A stretch of DNA of 32,000 nucleotides from Candidatus Iainarchaeum sp. Its GTDB lineage: Archaea; Iainarchaeota; Iainarchaeia; Iainarchaeales; VGJJ01. Both the position numbers and the translations under genes were made by a program. Below are positions 10,455 through 17,280 of this stretch, one piece after another (position 1 is the first letter of the stretch; every line of letters starts with the position of its first letter). The notes under the pieces are model-generated. The model worked only from the letters and a program-made list of their open reading frames with translations. It did not search any database and had not been told where the DNA came from. Location: positions 300,001 through 332,000 of the forward strand of contig JAUYHT010000002.1 of the NCBI GenBank assembly GCA_030688545.1. The letters are read 5' to 3'.

Positions 10455-10463
10455 CTTTAAGAG
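10455..10463 (+). promoter_or_regulatory. TATA-like box CTTTAAGAG
   Basis: Centre is 26 nt upstream of the ATG at 10485. Confidence 0.4.
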
Positions 10464-10484
10464 TGATACCCCCTTCCTAGCGGC

Positions 10485-12032
10485 ATGTATCCGGATGAAA
10501 ACCAGGGAGAGGAAGAATTTGCTGCTCCTCCAATGGGAGAAGATCCCCCCTATTCGTCTTTTGAAGGAGCTCCTCCCGCCCCGGCACCTGGGCCCATTGA
10601 TACGTTACGAAATATATGGGCGGCGCATGGGAAAACGTTTCTCAAGATAGGCCTACTCCTCGTGGTAGGATTCTTCGTCTATGATTTTTTTATTGGGTCC
10701 CTGGTCCCCACCACGATTGAAGCGCGTGACACGGAAAACATGCTCCTCAGTGGCGTGCAAGGACAATTATATTCGGGGAACGACCCCAACCCTATCCAGA
10801 CATTCTCGGGAACCATTACCATTGATTTGCGCCCGGGCGATTACCGGGTGGAATGGGAAACCGGGGGAACTGCCTATAGGAATCGGGGAGTGGACTATTT
10901 CACCATCGACGCGGGAAGCAAGGAAAGCGGCCACGTTGAACGCGGGGTGTTCGAGCAATCTATTGGGGTGGAATTGTTATCCCTCGAATTTCCCTCCGTG
11001 ATGGTCGCCGGTCAACAGGATGGCCGGGCGCAAGTGGTGCTCACCAATACCACCAATCAAGCCCAAACGATTGAACTGGTTTTTGAGGAGGCCCTCGCGC
11101 TATTCGTTATTACCACCCAATCCTCCCCCATCACCATCGGACCCAACACGAGTGAATCGGTGACCCTCCTCATGAATGTCCCATCCACGGTGCCCATCAA
11201 GGACACCCGCTCCGGGGACGCCAAGAAGGCCCGCGTGCGGGTAAAATACACCAAGAGTGCCAAAACCGCGGATTTTACTTTATTCAAGAGCTTCGATTTC
11301 TCGGTGAGCCCAAGCACCAATGTGGCGTTCACCGCGCGCGCCAATGAACTGGTGGCCAAACGCTATGCTATTCGCAACCGGGGCAACGCGGATGCGGGGG
11401 AAAAAATTCAGACATTAATCACCATCAAAGGAAGCCCCGCTAATGACTCAGGGGATATCACGTCATGGTTTTCCTGGAGCATTGATCCCCCATTTGGCCC
11501 GCTGGCCAAAGGGGAAACGTTTTCAGTGGACCTGCGCTTTAATGCTCCCTTGACCGCGTTGAATGATACGATTGAAGGAGAAGTGACATTCTCCACCAGC
11601 TTCTGGGAGCAGATCGTGCCATTTACCATATCCCTTTCCGCGAGCAAGGTAGAGGTCGTGGCAACCGTTGATGGCTCCACGAATAAAACATTCAACCTGA
11701 CCCAAAATTCGGCCACCGGGCAATGGGACAGCCGAACGGCCACATTGAAAGTGGAGAACAAAGGGGAACTGCCCATCGAAACCATATTGTACACCCTCGA
11801 TGGGTGCACGGAGCAACATATCAGTCTCGTCGATTCCTCTTTCTTCCCCATCCAGAACCTCAATGAATCCGGGAAGACGGGAAGCAGCAAGAGCACCACC
11901 CTCCTTGTCTCCGCGCCCGCGACACAACTCCCGGACACGGAAACTTTTTGCCAGATTCGCTTGACTTTTTTAGACCCTAAGACGGGGGATATAAGCACCG
12001 TGGACCCGGTGCTTGTGCGCATCGCGACGTGA
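10485..12032 (+). CDS. Membrane-anchored surface protein with Pro-rich cytoplasmic N-terminus and Ig/CARDB-like beta-sandwich ectodomains
   Basis: 515-aa ORF with an ATG start. Pro-rich head (APPAPAPGP), TM helix IGLLLVVGFFVYDFFIG, then repetitive T/S/V/N-rich beta-type sequence. Confidence 0.7.
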   Translation: MYPDENQGEEEFAAPPMGEDPPYSSFEGAPPAPAPGPIDTLRNIWAAHGKTFLKIGLLLVVGFFVYDFFIGSLVPTTIEARDTENMLLSGVQGQLYSGNDPNPIQTFSGTITIDLRPGDYRVEWETGGTAYRNRGVDYFTIDAGSKESGHVERGVFEQSIGVELLSLEFPSVMVAGQQDGRAQVVLTNTTNQAQTIELVFEEALALFVITTQSSPITIGPNTSESVTLLMNVPSTVPIKDTRSGDAKKARVRVKYTKSAKTADFTLFKSFDFSVSPSTNVAFTARANELVAKRYAIRNRGNADAGEKIQTLITIKGSPANDSGDITSWFSWSIDPPFGPLAKGETFSVDLRFNAPLTALNDTIEGEVTFSTSFWEQIVPFTISLSASKVEVVATVDGSTNKTFNLTQNSATGQWDSRTATLKVENKGELPIETILYTLDGCTEQHISLVDSSFFPIQNLNESGKTGSSKSTTLLVSAPATQLPDTETFCQIRLTFLDPKTGDISTVDPVLVRIAT

Positions 12033-12071
12033 AAAAATTTTACCTAAATATTCCTCGTTAACCATGAGACA

Positions 12072-12146
12072 CGGCCCCGGAGGGATTTGAACCCTCGACC
12101 TTCGCCTTAGGAGTGCGCTGCTCTATCCGGGCTGAGCTACGGGGCC
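12072..12146 (-). tRNA. tRNA-Arg (anticodon CCU), with an unusually weak anticodon stem
   Basis: Minus strand reads GGCCCCG TA GCTC AGCCCGGATA GAGC A GCGCA CTCCTAA GGCGA AGGTC GAGGG TTCAAAT CCCTC CGGGGCC G. Acceptor, D and T arms pair perfectly. The anticodon stem has only 3 Watson-Crick pairs (G27/A43 and A31/G39 do not pair). No CCA is encoded. Confidence 0.75.
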
Positions 12147-12159
12147 TTATTACCATTAT

Positions 12160-12233
12160 TGATTTATCGAGGGATTGAAAATCCCTCGGTAGACCCTCGC
12201 TGCGGCCCGCCAAAACGGGCCAGCTAAGAGGCC
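12160..12233 (-). pseudogene. tRNA-like module A (degenerate, lacks an anticodon arm)
   Basis: Minus strand reads GGCCTCTTAGCTGGCCCGTTTTGGCGGGCCGCAGCGAGGGTCTACCGAGGGATTTTCAATCCCTCG. The 5' end resembles the tRNA-Arg 5' end and a T-arm-like hairpin lies at 12168-12188. Boundaries are approximate. Confidence 0.45.
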
Positions 12234-12273
12234 GTTACTTTAGTGATCTATCATGGGTTTGAAAAACCCATGG
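12209..12273. repeat. 65-nt direct repeat, copy A
   Basis: 59/65 identical to 12372-12436 (hand alignment), offset 163 bp. Contains the hairpin catgggttt-gaa-aaacccatg. Confidence 0.85.
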
Positions 12274-12312
12274 TCAATCCAAAACATCCTTTGGAAAGAA
12301 TCCAATTGTTCC

Positions 12313-12396
12313 GGCCGCTGGGAGGGTGTAACCCTCCCACGTCCCTCGGGGCGCACGATCGAAAGCGTGCCGCCAAAACGGGCCAGTTACGGGGCC
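12313..12396 (-). pseudogene. tRNA-like module B (degenerate type-II-like tRNA with an 8-nt anticodon-type loop CTTTCGAT)
   Basis: Minus strand reads GGCCCCG TA ACTGGCCCGTTTTGGCG GCACG CTTTCGAT CGTGC GCCCCGAGGGACGT GGGAGGG TTACA CCCTCCC AGCGGCC. Five of 7 acceptor pairs are possible. The D and T loops lack the canonical GG and TTCRA. Confidence 0.45.
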
Positions 12397-12436
12397 ATTA
12401 CTTAAGTGATCTATCATGGGTTTGAAAAACCCACGG
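12372..12436. repeat. 65-nt direct repeat, copy B
   Basis: Partner of 12209-12273, with 6 mismatches. Confidence 0.85.
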
Positions 12437-12458
12437 GGTAGCCCCTCGATTTAACCGG

Positions 12459-13034
12459 TTACACGACGGTCTGAAGGGCAAAAGCGGTCACTAGGGGGAT
12501 GGTAAGGGCATCGTTGAGGGGAAAGAGTTCCACGGCGGTGGCGATGAGGGCCACCTGGAATGCGATGGGCAATGGGAACAATGGAAGGAGGGCCATGAGG
12601 CACACCAGGAAACCGGCCACCGATCCCTCGATGGATTTGTTAAAGATTATTTTCCGGTTGCCAAAACGCATCCCCACTAATGTGGAAGCGGAATCCTGGA
12701 AGGTCAAGGCGATGATGCCCCCCGCGATTATGAAAGGATTGGAAAAGACCCATGCGGTTATCCCAATTCCCAAAACGAAATAGAACGCCCCCTCCCCCGG
12801 AACCTTTTCATTGGCGCGGGAGACTTCTTTCAATATGTCATTCACGACCCAGGCCATCCGGTTATAGGCCAGGGATGACAGGAAGAAGCCGAAAAGGAGC
12901 AAAATGAGGGTGAGGCCGCGGAGGGCATCCAAGGAAACCAGGAACAGAACGGCCAGAAAAATAAGACCCAATCCCAAGTGGAACAATTGCCGCTTGAACT
13001 CGCGGATCCATTCCTTACGCCAGCGGGTAACCAT
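12459..13034 (-). CDS. CTP-dependent polyprenol/dolichol kinase family membrane protein (COG0170/SEC59-like)
   Basis: Multi-TM protein with N-terminal EFKRQLFHLGLG (E..RK..H type motif) and C-terminal FQDSASTLVGMRFGNRKIIFNKSIEGSVAGF (GD..A..G...G...KS.EGS pattern). The ORF-track start at 13043 is GTG and the first ATG is at 13034. Lies 9-18 nt downstream of fibrillarin, so probably in the same operon. Confidence 0.65.
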   Translation of the reverse strand: MVTRWRKEWIREFKRQLFHLGLGLIFLAVLFLVSLDALRGLTLILLLFGFFLSSLAYNRMAWVVNDILKEVSRANEKVPGEGAFYFVLGIGITAWVFSNPFIIAGGIIALTFQDSASTLVGMRFGNRKIIFNKSIEGSVAGFLVCLMALLPLFPLPIAFQVALIATAVELFPLNDALTIPLVTAFALQTVV

Positions 13035-13052
13035 ATTTTTCACCAGAGGTAC

Positions 13053-13745
13053 TCACGCGGGCTTCCTGGAATGGATGAGGAAATGATCCTTCTCGAACCG
13101 ACCCAAAGGAATGGTTTGAATAATCGTCAACTCCTCCTGCAGGCGAATGCGTTCCCCTTCAAAAACCTTTGCGGGGTCCGCCGCGAAATCGATGGAGCGG
13201 GCTTTGATGACCAATGCTCCTTCCGTTCCTTTCGTTCCGAATAGACGCATATTGCGGAGGAATATCTCTCCCTGATTGCGCTGGGAGATATCCTGCACCA
13301 CTATTTGGAAAGAGAGACCATCGAGGTCGGGGGCATAGGACGAAGGATTTGCTGCGTCCCCGAGCAAGGGAAGGATGTTGGTCCGCGTCTCCGCGAGCGC
13401 GGTGAACTTTACCATGGCTTGGGGGGAGATGTCCACGCCCACGACTAATCCATTTTTCCCCACGATGTCTGAAACATGCGATACGGTAGTGCCCTCGGCG
13501 CAACCCAGGTAGAGGACATGGTGCCCCTCTCTAATGGGAAAACTTGTCCACCCGGATGCCAATGCGGCCGCGAGCTTGGATCGGAAGGGATTCCACTCCC
13601 GCCATTCTATATTTCCCTCCTTGAGGATCCGTTCGCCATAGATACGTTGTCCGGGAACGAGAGAGCGGGTGAACCAGTGGTGGTTTATTTGTTTGAGGGT
13701 GTTGGAATATCCCTCGGGCATTCCATCATTTACTTTTGCGACCAT
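13053..13745 (-). CDS. flpA: Fibrillarin, C/D-box sRNP 2'-O-methyltransferase
   Basis: 230 aa with EWREWNPFRSKLAAAL, the SAM motif VLYLGCAEGTTVSHVSDIVG and GVDISP. Immediately downstream of nop5, the canonical archaeal operon. Confidence 0.95.
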   Translation of the reverse strand: MVAKVNDGMPEGYSNTLKQINHHWFTRSLVPGQRIYGERILKEGNIEWREWNPFRSKLAAALASGWTSFPIREGHHVLYLGCAEGTTVSHVSDIVGKNGLVVGVDISPQAMVKFTALAETRTNILPLLGDAANPSSYAPDLDGLSFQIVVQDISQRNQGEIFLRNMRLFGTKGTEGALVIKARSIDFAADPAKVFEGERIRLQEELTIIQTIPLGRFEKDHFLIHSRKPA

Positions 13746-13760
13746 GGAATACCCCCCTTT

Positions 13761-14696
13761 TCACCGCTTTTCCCGGAAGCGGGGACGAAAACCCCGGCGT
13801 TCAAGGCGGGGGATGGGAGAGGGATTAGGATGGGGGGACGTAGTTGATGTGCGCGCATGAGGTTTGGGTTTTGGTTTGGACTGGGCGAGCACCTTGGATT
13901 GGGCCAAGAGTTTCTCGTGATAGTCTTTCCATACCGCGCTTTTCCCGAACCGATCCACGCGCACGCAGATGGCGAGCTTCCCGGCAAGGGCACGGGCCAT
14001 TTTCCCCCGAGCATGCTTGGGAAGCGTCTTGAGTAAGGGATGGTTGAAGATGAACCCATGTTTGGGAGGACGCGTACGGGCACGCAGATGGGAGAATAAC
14101 GCTTCCTCAGCCCCTAACACTTGCAACGTGGAACCGGGCATCTCGGACAACCGTTTGAATGAACCGGCTTTGCTGAGCAGCTGGGCGGCAATGACAGGAG
14201 TGGCCAACTGGGTGAAATTGGGAGCCAATTCAAGCATCTCTTTGCGAACAAACTCATTCAAACGAGCATATTCCTCGCGCACGCGGATGGCGGTTCTAGC
14301 AGTTTCCTGAAGGGTTTGCAAAACAGATTGTTCCATACTGCCCCCGGCACTCGTCTCCGCGGCCTCATGGATGCGTATTCGGGTCGTTTCATCCGTGAAA
14401 AAGGATTGGAGCGACTCATCCGTATAAGCGGGACGAAGACCTAATCGAATAATCATTTGGAGCTGGGTGTCGGGATCCTTAACCTTGCCGCGCAGCTCGG
14501 GAAAGTGCAGGCCATACCATTCCAACGTTTGTTCATAGAGGAGATTGAACACGGATTCCATGCTCTTGCTGAGCTGGGCCGCGCGAATGATATGGCGATC
14601 GGGACCGGATAATCCTTCTTCCACTCCTCGCTTGGCCTGCTCCACCAATCGTCGGCGGAGGGCCTTAATCCGATGATCATGGGGGGTGGGGGACAT
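13761..14696 (-). CDS. nop5: Nop5 (Nop56/58) C/D-box sRNP core protein, apparently lacking the N-terminal fibrillarin-binding domain
   Basis: Contains EWYGLHFPEL (NOSIC), LGAEEALFSHLRARTRPPKHGFIFNHPLL and ARALAGKLAICVRVD (Nop domain). Only 59 residues precede the WY motif. An in-frame stop at 14739-14741 prevents N-terminal extension. Confidence 0.9.
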   Translation of the reverse strand: MSPTPHDHRIKALRRRLVEQAKRGVEEGLSGPDRHIIRAAQLSKSMESVFNLLYEQTLEWYGLHFPELRGKVKDPDTQLQMIIRLGLRPAYTDESLQSFFTDETTRIRIHEAAETSAGGSMEQSVLQTLQETARTAIRVREEYARLNEFVRKEMLELAPNFTQLATPVIAAQLLSKAGSFKRLSEMPGSTLQVLGAEEALFSHLRARTRPPKHGFIFNHPLLKTLPKHARGKMARALAGKLAICVRVDRFGKSAVWKDYHEKLLAQSKVLAQSKPKPKPHARTSTTSPHPNPSPIPRLERRGFRPRFREKR

Positions 14697-14717
14697 AGGA
14701 AAGCCTTGCCTCCATCC

Positions 14718-14726
14718 CTTTAAAAG
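14718..14726. promoter_or_regulatory. Shared near-palindromic TATA element CTTTAAAAG between divergent nop5 and glyS
   Basis: The 53-bp intergenic region has a single A/T box centred at 14722. This is 26 nt from the nop5 ATG (14696) and 28 nt from the glyS ATG (14750). Confidence 0.5.
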
Positions 14727-14749
14727 AGCGCTTCCATCCTAACTTTAGT

Positions 14750-16252
14750 ATGCACGCCGACATCATGAATTTGGCCGCCAGGAGAGGATTGTTTTTCCCA
14801 GCGGCGAGCATCTACCCCGATGCCCCGGCCGGATTTTTTGACTATGCCAATGAAGGATTGCGCATCCGGAGGCAGATCATCCAAGCCTGGAGGGAGGAAA
14901 TGGTGGAGAAAGAGGGCTATCTCGAATTGGATGGGAGCACTATTCTTCCAGAAAAAGTATTCCAGGCTTCAGGGCATCTAATCCATTTCAATGACCCCAT
15001 GGTCGTATGCCCCTCCTGCCAAACCGCCTACCGCGCCGACAACCTGATTACTGACAAATCGGGGGAGGTGATTCCCGAAGGAGCGGCGCTCGACTTTTTC
15101 GACCAGAAAATTAAGGATTTGGGCATCGCCTGCCCGAAAGACAACAACCCATTCGGGAACACGAAGCGGTTCAACATGATGATGAAAGTAGAATTAGGCG
15201 TCACGCAGGACCAAACGGCGTATTTGCGCCCGGAAGCCTGTCAAAACATCTTCCTGGATTTCCCCCGCATCTGGAAACTGGGAAAAATCAAACTGCCGAT
15301 AGGCTTAGCCCAAGTCGGACGGGCCTACCGCAATGAGATTGCTCCCCGGCAAGGGTTGTTGCGGACGAGGGAGCTTGAACACATGGACGTGGAGGTGTTC
15401 TTCAATCCCCAGAAAATCAATGAGGTGTCCCGATGGGAGGAAGTAAAGGGATACTTATTGCGATTGAAATTGGTGAGAAAGGATGCCATTGAATCTATAT
15501 CCTGCGAAGACGCGGTGAACCAAGGTATAGTCTCAGGAAAAGTGGTTGCTTATCATCTGGCCCGCTGCCAGCAGTTCTTCGAAACACTCGGAATGGGCGT
15601 TGAACGAATGCGCTTCCGGGAATTGGAAAAGGAATCACGGGCCTTCTATGCCTCGGAGACCTGGGATTTCGAAGTGAAACTGGAGGAAGGATGGGTGGAG
15701 TTAGTCGCCTGCAACTATCGAACCGATTATGATCTTCAATCCCATGGGAAAGAGAGCAAGCAGGATTTGGGGGTGAAGGAAGAGGGAAGCGACGAGAAAT
15801 TTATTCCCCATGTCTTCGAATTATCCATGGGAGTCGGACGCACTGTTTTCTGCACCCTTGCTCTTGCCTACCGCCATGAATTCAAAGGGCCTGACGAACG
15901 AATGTACCTGGACCTCCCTCCCCGCCTCGCCCCCAATATGGCGGGGGTGTTTCCGCTCATGAAGAAAGACGGTTTAGGAGAAAAAGCGAGAGAGATATTC
16001 ACGCATCTCCAGGCGATGAAAACGCGCGTTTTTTATGACGATGCGGGAAGCGTGGGAAAACGGTATGCCCGCGCGGATGAGGTGGGGGTGCCATTCGCCA
16101 TCACCATCGATCACCAAACCTTGGAGGATCAAACCGTCACCCTGCGGGAAAGAAATACCATGAAACAGAAACGCATCCCCGTCGACGCATTGGAAGAAAT
16201 ATTATGGAAATTCTCCACCCATCAAAAAGGGTTTGAAGACTTGGCGGAATAA
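14750..16252 (+). CDS. glyS: Glycine--tRNA ligase (archaeal/eukaryotic alpha2 type)
   Basis: 500 aa with RRGLFFPAASIYPDAPAGFFDYANEGLRIRRQI at the N-terminus, class II core motifs (AQVGRAYRNEIAPRQGLLRTRELEHMDVEVF; GVGRTVF) and a C-terminal anticodon-binding domain (VGKRYARADEVGVPFAITID). Confidence 0.93.
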   Translation: MHADIMNLAARRGLFFPAASIYPDAPAGFFDYANEGLRIRRQIIQAWREEMVEKEGYLELDGSTILPEKVFQASGHLIHFNDPMVVCPSCQTAYRADNLITDKSGEVIPEGAALDFFDQKIKDLGIACPKDNNPFGNTKRFNMMMKVELGVTQDQTAYLRPEACQNIFLDFPRIWKLGKIKLPIGLAQVGRAYRNEIAPRQGLLRTRELEHMDVEVFFNPQKINEVSRWEEVKGYLLRLKLVRKDAIESISCEDAVNQGIVSGKVVAYHLARCQQFFETLGMGVERMRFRELEKESRAFYASETWDFEVKLEEGWVELVACNYRTDYDLQSHGKESKQDLGVKEEGSDEKFIPHVFELSMGVGRTVFCTLALAYRHEFKGPDERMYLDLPPRLAPNMAGVFPLMKKDGLGEKAREIFTHLQAMKTRVFYDDAGSVGKRYARADEVGVPFAITIDHQTLEDQTVTLRERNTMKQKRIPVDALEEILWKFSTHQKGFEDLAE

Positions 16253-16371
16253 TATGACATCCTCCCCCCTAAAGGCCCCGGTATATCACCATTTTTGATC
16301 GAACTTCACCGTAAACGGTGTTTACGATGCCCGCAAAACATAGTTTTGCTTGGTTTTTTAAAAAGTTCGGA

Positions 16372-16803
16372 TTATTTGAATGGATTAATAGCCACAATTC
16401 CATCCATTTTTTGGAAATCCTTGGTATTTTCAGTGTAAATATGGACGATTCCATTTTCTTTCATCGTTTGGGCGATTAAAGCATCCCAGGGTGAGTTCGA
16501 CTGCCCATTTATGAATGCCTTTTCAACCGTATGAGTGGTATAATTTATTTTTTTACAGGAAGGCAGGCGATTGATTTGAGAAATAATTCTTTGGACCAAT
16601 TCAGGAGGGAAAGGATGTTCCAATTTATATCGCACCACCCGGTTAAACTCGGCCAGGATTTGATTACTCACTACAAGATGACGTCTTCCTTCTATACAAT
16701 CGTTCATTAATGTTTTGGCTATTTCATGCCTTTCCCCATCTTTTGTATTATAGGCATATACTAATATGTTGGTATCAAGGAAAAAAGGATCAGTCGCGGT
16801 CAT
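16372..16803 (-). CDS. vapC: PIN-domain ribonuclease toxin VapC
   Basis: FFLDTNILVYAY near the N-terminus, then AEF, WDALIA and YTENTKDF acidic/PIN motifs. I chose the ATG at 16803 (MTATDPFFLDTN), which overlaps the vapB stop by 14 nt. An upstream ATG at 16872 would overlap vapB by 83 nt. Confidence 0.85.
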   Translation of the reverse strand: MTATDPFFLDTNILVYAYNTKDGERHEIAKTLMNDCIEGRRHLVVSNQILAEFNRVVRYKLEHPFPPELVQRIISQINRLPSCKKINYTTHTVEKAFINGQSNSPWDALIAQTMKENGIVHIYTENTKDFQKMDGIVAINPFK

Positions 16804-17050
16804 ACAATTCGTCTCGGGATTTGTACAGTATCTTACCCCCGTTAAATCCCTTGTTAAGCGTTTCGATGGCATTCCGCCGAACTTCCTCTGACTCCTTCTT
16901 CTTCACCCACAAATCCATAGCTTCAGAAATAGCCTTGCCTAAAACACCTTTACTTTCACCCAAAAATTTCTTTACCGTCTTACGAAAACGCTGCTCGCTT
17001 TTCGTCGAAACGTTGGCCGTAATGGTAGCTGTGTCAGACATGCTATACAT
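16790..17050 (-). CDS. vapB: VapB-type antitoxin (probable RHH/CopG-like)
   Basis: 86-aa ORF directly upstream of and overlapping vapC. An ATTTAAAT box (17066-17073) lies upstream. An alternative ATG lies at 17041. Confidence 0.6.
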   Translation of the reverse strand: MYSMSDTATITANVSTKSEQRFRKTVKKFLGESKGVLGKAISEAMDLWVKKKESEEVRRNAIETLNKGFNGGKILYKSRDELYDRD

Positions 17051-17201
17051 TTAGATTATTGGATTATTTAAATGGATGTGGGGTGGGCTAAAATCATTCT
17101 TCCACGTCGTTTTAAAGCATTCCCAGGCCCACATTATCTTAATCCGGAACCAATGGCGTTCTGGGGTTCCGGCATGTAAAAATGGGCGAGTTTCCCCATA
17201 A

Positions 17202-17275
17202 GCCCACGTAGCTCAGTCTGGAAGAGCACCAGTTTCGTAAACTGGGGGCCGAGGGTTCAAATCCCTCCGTGGGCT
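17202..17275 (+). tRNA. tRNA-Thr (anticodon CGU)
   Basis: GCCCACG TA GCTC AGTCTGGAA GAGC A CCAGT TTCGTAA ACTGG GGGCC GAGGG TTCAAAT CCCTC CGTGGGC T. All four stems are fully paired, with T33, A37, GG in the D loop and a TTCAAAT T loop. A TAAAAAT box is centred 22 nt upstream. Confidence 0.9.
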
Positions 17276-17280
17276 TGTCT

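Noticed and set aside
11408-12022. 204-aa and 134-aa minus-strand ORFs opposite the 515-aa surface protein gene
   Set aside because: They are fully nested antisense to a better-supported gene that has a promoter, a TM helix and domain-like repeats.
12243-12425. 60-aa ORF on the plus strand inside the repeat region
   Set aside because: It spans the repeat units, has no TATA at the usual spacing and has no recognisable protein features. It is best explained as a chance ORF in structured non-coding DNA.
12147-12458. CRISPR array or SRP (7S) RNA in the 312-bp non-coding gap
   Set aside because: There are only two repeat copies, of 65 nt with a 163-bp period and imperfect identity, which is not CRISPR-like. 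The internal duplication and the absence of helix-8-type GNRA/GGAA motifs argue against SRP RNA.
16372-16872. Long form of vapC-1 starting at the ATG at 16872
   Set aside because: It would overlap vapB by 83 nt and add 23 non-PIN residues. PIN toxins normally begin a few residues before the (I/F)LD(T/S)N motif, so the ATG at 16803 is preferred.
16253-17201. Possible duplication of the glyS 3' end flanking the first vapBC cassette, by analogy with the second cassette
   Set aside because: The only similarity is a weak match of about 9-10 nt (ATTCT.CCAC) between 16210-16240 and about 17095-17125. This is not distinguishable from chance.
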